From the IMG/VR virus record IMGVR_UViG_3300017778_005264, positions 1 to 43,410 of that record: 43,410 nucleotides of DNA; one strand, written 5' to 3'. A program made the position numbers and the translations under genes. Below, piece by piece: positions 37,232 to 43,410 of the stretch. The notes beneath the pieces are model-generated. The model saw only the letters and a list, made by a program, of their open reading frames with translations, was not told where the DNA came from and did not search any database. The first letter of the stretch is position 1. Each line of letters opens with the position of its first letter. The DNA is from a virus (taxonomy: Duplodnaviria; Caudoviricetes).

Positions 37232-37438
37232 ATGGCAATAAGTGAAACAATGGCACTGCTAAAAATAATGGAAATAATTGCAACTCCGGGTGACGATATG
37301 GGTGATGGTGAATGTATAGACCAGATCATCTTTATTCTTGAAGAACTAGGGATGCCAATTAAAGAAGAAATAGACGCACAATTGAAACTGAAGAATGTTC
37401 AAGTAGAACAAAATTTTACCCAAAGGAGCACAAAATGA
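37232..37438 (+). CDS. Small acidic hypothetical protein
   Basis: SD GAAAGGA, ATG 37232; D.GECIDQI motif. Confidence 0.6.
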   Translation: MAISETMALLKIMEIIATPGDDMGDGECIDQIIFILEELGMPIKEEIDAQLKLKNVQVEQNFTQRSTK

Positions 37439-37641
37439 AAAGCGTTCACCTTCTAGATGAATTACCAGAAGACCTATTAGAAAAGTTTATTGAAGATACT
37501 TACATTGATTTAATGGAAAATGCAAAAATAACTCTAATGGATGGCCCTAAAGAAGATCATCCGGATTTTGATTGGGTTTATGAAATTGCATTTGAAAGAT
37601 TTAAAGACAAATATCAAGAGAAAGGTTATGTAATAAAATGA
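37435..37641 (+). CDS. Small acidic hypothetical protein
   Basis: SD AAGGAG, ATGA coupling. Confidence 0.6.
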   Translation: MKSVHLLDELPEDLLEKFIEDTYIDLMENAKITLMDGPKEDHPDFDWVYEIAFERFKDKYQEKGYVIK

Positions 37642-37718
37642 AAGAAACTTTAACATTTATAATCGGATCAATATCAACTTTCTTAATTATGATATCAATT
37701 AGAGACAGGAGAAGATAA
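37638..37718 (+). CDS. 26-aa membrane micropeptide
   Basis: Coupled on both sides (ATGA, TAATG). MKETLTFIIGSISTFLIMISIRDRRR*. Confidence 0.5.
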   Translation: MKETLTFIIGSISTFLIMISIRDRRR

Positions 37719-38200
37719 TGCCATTAACTTGGAACATTGGAGAAATTAAAATGTACAAAGATAATGTCAAAGCAGCCTATATTGAAAGGGAAGAAGGTGA
37801 TGAGAAAGTATTTGATTTAGTTCCAATTACAAAACACTTTATCTTTTGGGGTGGTGCTGTTGCTATGGGTTTTATTACGGAATCAAATGCATCAGAGTAT
37901 TATGGCCGGTCTAAAGCAATTGAAGAAGTTGTAGGTCAAGGCTTTATGGAAGAATGGACAAAGGATGAGAATGATCAATGGCAAATATCTCAAAAGTATA
38001 TGACTATGCAAGATGTTAAAGATCACATTGGTATCGGTACAAATCATGGAATGAGAAATCTTACAGAGTGGAGTAGTAATTTTGTTAGAAATAACAAAAC
38101 TGTTTCGCCAGAAGCAAAAACTGTAAGAGCAATAGTCAATTACCACAAATATCAATATGAAAAATGGGATACAGATAAAGCGAAAAAGGAGTCAAACTAA
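37718..38200 (+). CDS. Conserved phage hypothetical protein
   Basis: MPLTW...G.ITESNASEYYGR...HIGIGTN. Confidence 0.7.
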   Translation: MPLTWNIGEIKMYKDNVKAAYIEREEGDEKVFDLVPITKHFIFWGGAVAMGFITESNASEYYGRSKAIEEVVGQGFMEEWTKDENDQWQISQKYMTMQDVKDHIGIGTNHGMRNLTEWSSNFVRNNKTVSPEAKTVRAIVNYHKYQYEKWDTDKAKKESN

Positions 38201-38559
38201 TGTGTCAAGAACAAGTAGGAGAAATTGTTTATCTGCAAACACATAGCAGAGAGTCGGGAAACAGCTCTCATAAAGTTGAATCCTTTTCTAAAACAATAGA
38301 AGACATATCAACTTTGTTTGATGATATACGCAAAGAATCATATGCCGTATCTGGTTTTGAAAAGGCGATGATTGACTTCGTAAAATCAGCAACGAATTTG
38401 ATGGAGCATTGGGAGACCCTTCCGAAAAAGATTGAGCCACAAATTACTGAAAATACTCGTTATCCTTTTCAAATGTCATTTGATGAACTTGTTTATGAGA
38501 TGTACATTTGGTTAGAAGCAACACAATCAAGAATCCAACTATGGAAAGAAGGAAAATAA
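38200..38559 (+). CDS. Hypothetical protein
   Basis: 119 aa; YPFQMSFDELV motif. Confidence 0.65.
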   Translation: MCQEQVGEIVYLQTHSRESGNSSHKVESFSKTIEDISTLFDDIRKESYAVSGFEKAMIDFVKSATNLMEHWETLPKKIEPQITENTRYPFQMSFDELVYEMYIWLEATQSRIQLWKEGK

Positions 38560-38560
38560 A

Positions 38561-39472
38561 ATGACCATCACAAACGATATTATCGAAGCAAAGGAAGAGA
38601 CAAGAATACAGGTAGTCTTAACTAAGCCAACGCCTGAAGAGATTATTAAAACATATATTGACATTAATGATCGGATGCATAATGAGACTGAGTGGAAATA
38701 TTTTGAAGCAGATACCAAAATGACTATCACAAAGCCCTGGCAAGACATAACAAATCAAAATAGTAAATACCTATCTGTTATGGATCATGAAGACTATGAC
38801 AAAAAAGCTTTTAATATGCTTATTGCCTCTATTCAACTAAATGGTAAAAAGCATTTCAATATGACAACATTTATTGGGCTTTTAGAAGACAAGGATTACG
38901 AAACATTTGACGATAGTTATAGAGGTTGGGGATCTGAAAATGATGTTTATGGTATATCTTCTGACTATATTTATCGGCTAAAAGGAGATGATCCTTCTCC
39001 ATTCTTTAAAGCAACAAAAACTTTCAATTGTAATACAGTTGGGTGTATTGCGGGATTTGCTGTAGCAACAGCATTGAATTGGCAAGAAGATTTGATAAAT
39101 AAAACGTCTAATTATGTCTACAATCAGATTGATTTATTTGAGCATCTTGCTTGCAATTTCTTAAATATTCCAATAAGGCACGGTAAAAAATTATTCTATG
39201 CAGAGAGGAATAGTTTTTGGGGAATGCTAAAACATTATGCGACTGATTACAACGATATTAGGATAAGTGAACTAAAAATATTTAATGACTTATATATATC
39301 AGATGAGGAAGATGATTATCCAGATTATCCGACTATTGATCTTAGTTCTATTAGTCCCGAAATGGCTGTTAAGGCATTAGAACTGCTTAGAGATGGTCAT
39401 TTAGAAGTAGATATGTATGACATGCCACATTTCTCAAAAGATTATTTACAAGCCCTAAGGGAAGGAAAATAA
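38561..39472 (+). CDS. C-x4-CIAGFA family protein, paralogue 1
   Basis: HFNMTTF, FNCNTVGCIAGFA, ACNFLNIP. Confidence 0.75.
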   Translation: MTITNDIIEAKEETRIQVVLTKPTPEEIIKTYIDINDRMHNETEWKYFEADTKMTITKPWQDITNQNSKYLSVMDHEDYDKKAFNMLIASIQLNGKKHFNMTTFIGLLEDKDYETFDDSYRGWGSENDVYGISSDYIYRLKGDDPSPFFKATKTFNCNTVGCIAGFAVATALNWQEDLINKTSNYVYNQIDLFEHLACNFLNIPIRHGKKLFYAERNSFWGMLKHYATDYNDIRISELKIFNDLYISDEEDDYPDYPTIDLSSISPEMAVKALELLRDGHLEVDMYDMPHFSKDYLQALREGK

Positions 39473-39473
39473 A

Positions 39474-39803
39474 ATGCCGTTAAAGCAGAGTAAGGGAATC
39501 CAAGAAAAGAGGGATTCCAAGACTGAATTTGAGTTAAAGATTCAGTCTTACATTAACTCATCATATTCTTTGATTATGCCGGTAAAAGATGATACTGTCA
39601 TTTTTATCAAAGATCCAGTTAATGGGAACAATACCAAATTGAAAGTCAATACTCAAGAATATTATGACTTTCTTGAGAGACTTATTGGTTATGGCTTAGA
39701 GCAGAAACTAGATAAAGATTTTGCTCGTGTCAGCCAATTTGGAAATACATACAATGAATCATGGAACCAATATAAAAACAATAAAGCAGGGAGAACAGAA
39801 TGA
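39474..39803 (+). CDS. Hypothetical protein
   Basis: 109 aa. Confidence 0.6.
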   Translation: MPLKQSKGIQEKRDSKTEFELKIQSYINSSYSLIMPVKDDTVIFIKDPVNGNNTKLKVNTQEYYDFLERLIGYGLEQKLDKDFARVSQFGNTYNESWNQYKNNKAGRTE

Positions 39804-40603
39804 AAACAGTAAAAAAACCAACAATTGAAGAACTAATCAATGGATTTGATTATATTTATAATCCAAATACTTTGGAACTCGATGCTGAAGAAGCTACAGA
39901 TATTTCAATAAAAAATCTTCTGGCATTGCAGAATGTTACCCATGAGGATTATGATGTAAATAACTTTCATAAGTTAATTCAATCAATTGAAGCCAATGGC
40001 TTAACTAATTTCAATATGACAACATTTATTGCTAATATTGAAGATATTGTTCTGACCGATATAGAAAGCACCCCAATTAATAATCTTACATTGTTTTCTA
40101 GTGCAGTAGCTTGTGATAATGCATTTGATGTTATCACAAGTTCATTCAATTGCGATAGTGTTGGTTGTATTGCTGGATTTGCAACAGCTAATGCTCTCAA
40201 TTGGCAACAGCCTAAATGGATGAAAAGTGATTCAAGAGAATATTTGAAGTTCTTTGAAAATATAGCCTGTAATTATCTAAATATCCCGCTAGAAGTAGGC
40301 AGAAGGATATTCTACGGAGATAATGGTAGTCTTTGGAGTTTCTTAAGATTCAATGAACCATCAGACTATGAGTCATTAAAGTGGGAAAACAGTACTCGTA
40401 GGTTAAATCGCTACAATTGTGATTATGATGATCAATGGGAATGTGAAAGTATTGAACTATCTTCAATCAATTATAAGGTAGCAGTAGAGGCATTGCATCG
40501 TATTATGGATGGACAAATCATATTTGCTAAAGATAACGAATACCTACCAGAATATGTCACTAATTACAATTCCAGAAAGAAGAAGGATAGCTATGACAAC
40601 TGA
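39800..40603 (+). CDS. C-x4-CIAGFA family protein, paralogue 2
   Basis: NFNMTTF, FNCDSVGCIAGFA, ACNYLNIP. Confidence 0.75.
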   Translation: MKTVKKPTIEELINGFDYIYNPNTLELDAEEATDISIKNLLALQNVTHEDYDVNNFHKLIQSIEANGLTNFNMTTFIANIEDIVLTDIESTPINNLTLFSSAVACDNAFDVITSSFNCDSVGCIAGFATANALNWQQPKWMKSDSREYLKFFENIACNYLNIPLEVGRRIFYGDNGSLWSFLRFNEPSDYESLKWENSTRRLNRYNCDYDDQWECESIELSSINYKVAVEALHRIMDGQIIFAKDNEYLPEYVTNYNSRKKKDSYDN

Positions 40604-40862
40604 TGATCAAATAATTGGAGCAAAGATAAAAGAAGTAAGGTGGATGACTAAGAAGGAAATGATTGATGAAGGTTGGGAAGATTCTTATTACAATGTCCCA
40701 GCAGTTATTGTTTTATCAAGTGGAGCTATTATTTATCCAATGATGGATCCAGAAGGTAATGGTCCGGGTATACTTGTAGGAAAAAATAAAGATGGCGGTT
40801 TCTATTTCGAACCAGCTAATAAACAACAAAATAACAAAACAACAGGAGCAGATAATGATTAA
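40593..40862 (+). CDS. Conserved phage hypothetical protein
   Basis: VRWMTKKE...GW...IYPMMDPEGNGPG. Confidence 0.65.
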   Translation: MTTDDQIIGAKIKEVRWMTKKEMIDEGWEDSYYNVPAVIVLSSGAIIYPMMDPEGNGPGILVGKNKDGGFYFEPANKQQNNKTTGADND

Positions 40863-41649
40863 GACAAAAACAATACAAACAGATAAAGTAACCGACCGTG
40901 ATATGTTCAACTATATCACTCAGCAAATGCTAAAACAGGGGGTGAAGTCTCAAGACCAATGGTACAATGAAGAAGATGGTATTGTAGAAGATGGCGATAC
41001 CTGTCAATATTTTGGTTATGATATGCGAACAGACACCTCTTTGAGATGTGCTGTCGGCTGGGTTATGAATAAAGAAGTGTTTAGAGAATATGAAGATCAA
41101 ACGTGTGAAGAAATTGAAGGCAATGGTATCTCAACGACTTCAGCATTAGAAGTCGTAATCTTGTCAAATGAAAACTGGGCATTCGCTAACGAGTCTTGGA
41201 TAATGCTTAGCATTATGCAAAGGATTCACGATAATCTCAGTCCAGAACAATGGAGAGACGCTTTCAACAATATGTCATATATGTTTAATTCTGAAGGAAG
41301 TTTCTGCCCTAGCTATATTGTTAAAAATACAAGTGGTGATCATCTTAATCATGATGAGCTTTATAAATCTTGTGATGGTGGTGAAGAATTAAATTATGTA
41401 GACTTTGAATACATTGGCATTTCTTACGCGATTAAAAATCATAATGGTCGTGTGGTCGGGTCAATCAGTAATGTAATTGAATCAGATGAATTCATGGATT
41501 GTCTTGATCCTAAAGTAATTGGCTCAAATATTCTTGACGCTGAGAATCAGGAAACTTCTGATGTTAGTGCAAAGAATTTCTTGGATATTGCTGACGCAAT
41601 AAGGCTAGCGCAAAAGCAAGAGGAGTTGATTCTAAATGCTAACACGTAA
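40855..41649 (+). CDS. Hypothetical protein (C.Y...CAVG...Q.IHD family)
   Basis: LKQG.KS, TCQY, RCAVGW, MQRIHD; SD AGGAG. Confidence 0.65.
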   Translation: MIKTKTIQTDKVTDRDMFNYITQQMLKQGVKSQDQWYNEEDGIVEDGDTCQYFGYDMRTDTSLRCAVGWVMNKEVFREYEDQTCEEIEGNGISTTSALEVVILSNENWAFANESWIMLSIMQRIHDNLSPEQWRDAFNNMSYMFNSEGSFCPSYIVKNTSGDHLNHDELYKSCDGGEELNYVDFEYIGISYAIKNHNGRVVGSISNVIESDEFMDCLDPKVIGSNILDAENQETSDVSAKNFLDIADAIRLAQKQEELILNANT

Positions 41650-41722
41650 AACATATTTTATCTGGGCAGCAATTTTATTAACCTTCTATATTGGATTGAG
41701 GATTTATGCAAGAAGAGATTAA
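41636..41722 (+). CDS. 28-aa membrane micropeptide
   Basis: SD GAGGAG. MLTRKTYFIWAAILLTFYIGLRIYARRD*. Confidence 0.5.
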   Translation: MLTRKTYFIWAAILLTFYIGLRIYARRD

Positions 41723-41858
41723 TGAAGAAAGATTTGTCTCTGTCGATAAGGTGAAAGTCCTTATCGGCAAAGACAATACAATCTATGTGAAGAAATGCAT
41801 AGAATGTGGAAAGAAACTAACAATGGAAGAGGCATCTTATGGACACGATTGTGAATAA
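41706..41858 (+). CDS. 50-aa Zn-binding microprotein
   Basis: SD GAGG. CIEC...EEASYGHDCE*. Confidence 0.55.
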   Translation: MQEEINEERFVSVDKVKVLIGKDNTIYVKKCIECGKKLTMEEASYGHDCE

Positions 41859-41896
41859 TAATTATTAACCACTACAAAAGATAGAAAGTGACAAAT

Positions 41897-42064
41897 ATGA
41901 CTAATCGAGATACGCAAGACATTATTATGGGGCAATTAATTAATTTGCAAGAAATAAGTGATCACAATCATGCGCTTGTAACAAAATCATTAGAAACTGT
42001 TGCAGAGGTGCTTGCCCTTTTAAATGAGAGAATAGAAAAGCTTGAAGCAGAGGTGAAAAGCTAA
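41897..42064 (+). CDS. 55-aa coiled-coil protein
   Basis: LNERIEKLEAEVKS end, coupled to the next ORF. Confidence 0.5.
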   Translation: MTNRDTQDIIMGQLINLQEISDHNHALVTKSLETVAEVLALLNERIEKLEAEVKS

Positions 42065-42216
42065 TGAATAAGATTATTAGAAATGAAGAAGAGTTAGTAT
42101 CTGAATTAATACAATATCTTGAAATGCAGTATGAATATATATCAACGCCATCAGATGAATTAGTCTATAAGCAATGGATAACCTGGCTAATAAAACAACT
42201 AGAGGAGATAAAATGA
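42064..42216 (+). CDS. 50-aa hypothetical protein
   Basis: TAATG and ATGA coupling on both sides. Confidence 0.5.
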   Translation: MNKIIRNEEELVSELIQYLEMQYEYISTPSDELVYKQWITWLIKQLEEIK

Positions 42217-43019
42217 AAATAGAGAACAAAGTATCATTGGATGAACTTGTTGCTGCATATTCCGATATAGTAACTGCTGATGCAAAATATAAATCAATAA
42301 GTTCAAAAGATATTAAGGAATATACTGATGAAATCGCAAGGTGTAGAGAAGTAATAAATAAGAGTGAAGTAGAATTGGCTTCTGCTACCCCAAGTGAATA
42401 CGACATCAATAACTTTGAAAAATTGATTGATGCCATTAATGAATCAGGCAAGTATCATTTTAATATGTCAACATTCTTTTACGAAGGGGATGGATCAATT
42501 TACGAAAGGAATGGATCAATTCGGCCATCAAGACATAGAGTTGGCTATGTAGCCGAAAACATATTGAATACAGATAATAAATCATTTAAATGTAATTCAG
42601 GTGCTTGTATTGCTGGATTTGCTAGTGCTATAGCTCTTGATTGGGATACATCAAAAACTGCTTTTACTGAACAGGTTAGTAATTATGAACATTGGCAACA
42701 TATTGCTTGCCATTTTCTAAATATCCCACATGCAGTTGGTACAAGAATATTTTTTGCAGATGGTGGATCAATTTGGTCATATTTAAAGCCCAGAATTAAT
42801 TTCTTTTCTAGCCTAGAATGGGGTGAAGATTGTGACTACGAAGTAGATTACGGTAGCATTGATGAATATGAATATGAAGATCTCAGTGTAAGTCTTAGCT
42901 CAATTGATTACCAGCATGCAGTAAAAGCATTAACAATGATTAAGAAAGGTGAGCTATCATTTGATAAAGATTCTAATCCATTCTTAACAGATTTATGTGT
43001 AGAATGGGTCAAAGAATAA
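42213..43019 (+). CDS. C-x4-CIAGFA family protein, paralogue 3
   Basis: SD GAGGAG. HFNMSTF, FKCNSGACIAGFA, ACHFLNIP. Confidence 0.75.
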   Translation: MKIENKVSLDELVAAYSDIVTADAKYKSISSKDIKEYTDEIARCREVINKSEVELASATPSEYDINNFEKLIDAINESGKYHFNMSTFFYEGDGSIYERNGSIRPSRHRVGYVAENILNTDNKSFKCNSGACIAGFASAIALDWDTSKTAFTEQVSNYEHWQHIACHFLNIPHAVGTRIFFADGGSIWSYLKPRINFFSSLEWGEDCDYEVDYGSIDEYEYEDLSVSLSSIDYQHAVKALTMIKKGELSFDKDSNPFLTDLCVEWVKE

Positions 43020-43055
43020 TCCCAATGTTGGGGTAGGGTAATCATAAGGAGAAAT

Positions 43056-43223
43056 ATGAGAAAACCAGATCTTATAAGTAATGTAGCAGGTGCAGATGAA
43101 GAATTGAACTTTAAAAAGCCTACGAGAGCTCCTAAGCGTTCTCATAGGGTTTTTAGTTGGGGTTGGTTCTTTGAATTGGCGCAAAAAAGATACTATCAAA
43201 CCGTGGGTGGAAAAAATGACTGA
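43056..43223 (+). CDS. 55-aa hypothetical protein
   Basis: SD AAGGAG; open frame to TGA 43221-43223. Confidence 0.45.
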   Translation: MRKPDLISNVAGADEELNFKKPTRAPKRSHRVFSWGWFFELAQKRYYQTVGGKND

Positions 43224-43410
43224 TTGGACTGTCGGACAGATAATTAAAGAATTGCAAACAGCTTACAAGCCGGATGAGAAAATTGTTTGCATATGGTGGG
43301 ACAAAGACCTACCGTATCTGGATAGAGAAATAACAAGGCCGGAATGGGAAAAGGTTCTAGAATTGATTAATGAAGAGGACTTCGATATACCTAACTCAAT
43401 GATCTGGGAT
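43216..43410 (+). CDS. Hypothetical protein, partial (runs off the window)
   Basis: MTDWTVGQIIKELQTAYKPDEKIVCIWWDKD..., open to the end. Confidence 0.55.
   Translation, partial: MTDWTVGQIIKELQTAYKPDEKIVCIWWDKDLPYLDREITRPEWEKVLELINEEDFDIPNSMIWD

Noticed and set aside
43099-43170. Imperfect hairpin AAAAAGCCTA...TAGGGTTTTT as an ncRNA or terminator
   Set aside because: It lies inside a 55-aa ORF with a good SD and the pairing is interrupted, so support is insufficient.
668-43199. Minus-strand ORFs and nested alternate-frame + ORFs in the track
   Set aside because: They overlap well-supported + strand genes, have no recognisable motifs and look like shadow ORFs.
1-43410. Stop-codon reassignment
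   Set aside because: Conserved genes are intact in code 11, TAA, TAG and TGA all end genes, and there is no suppressor tRNA.

Overview
This is a 43.4-kb internal segment of a large, AT-rich tailed (Caudoviricetes-like) phage genome. All credible genes are on the + strand. Two WhiB genes and leaderless TATAAT-N6-ATG starts point to an actinobacterial host (inference). Bases 1-24.5 kb hold the end of a probable tail region, HNH and metallophosphoesterase genes, a replication module (DnaB, primase, SSB-like, tRNA-CAT, HAD nucleotidase, DnaE), a GT/GT/methyltransferase/GT cassette, RecA, two resolvase-like nucleases, a C5 DNA methyltransferase, a Cas4-like nuclease, a YkgJ-like Cys-cluster protein and a TerS-like/TerL pair. 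After a palindrome-rich 400-bp gap (24461-24864) comes a dense accessory region of small, often acidic genes. It includes KTSC, YubB-like, WhiB, ParB-like, permuted GHKL+HExxH and SLT genes, tRNA-Arg(UCU) and three full-length paralogues with a C-x4-CIAGFA motif. The most striking unexplained element is a ~190-nt highly base-paired non-coding stretch right after tRNA-Arg (37021-37210). Other leads are the glycosylation/methylation cassette and GTAA-N2-TTAC palindrome clusters on both sides of terL. All family calls come from motifs recognised by eye; no searches were run.
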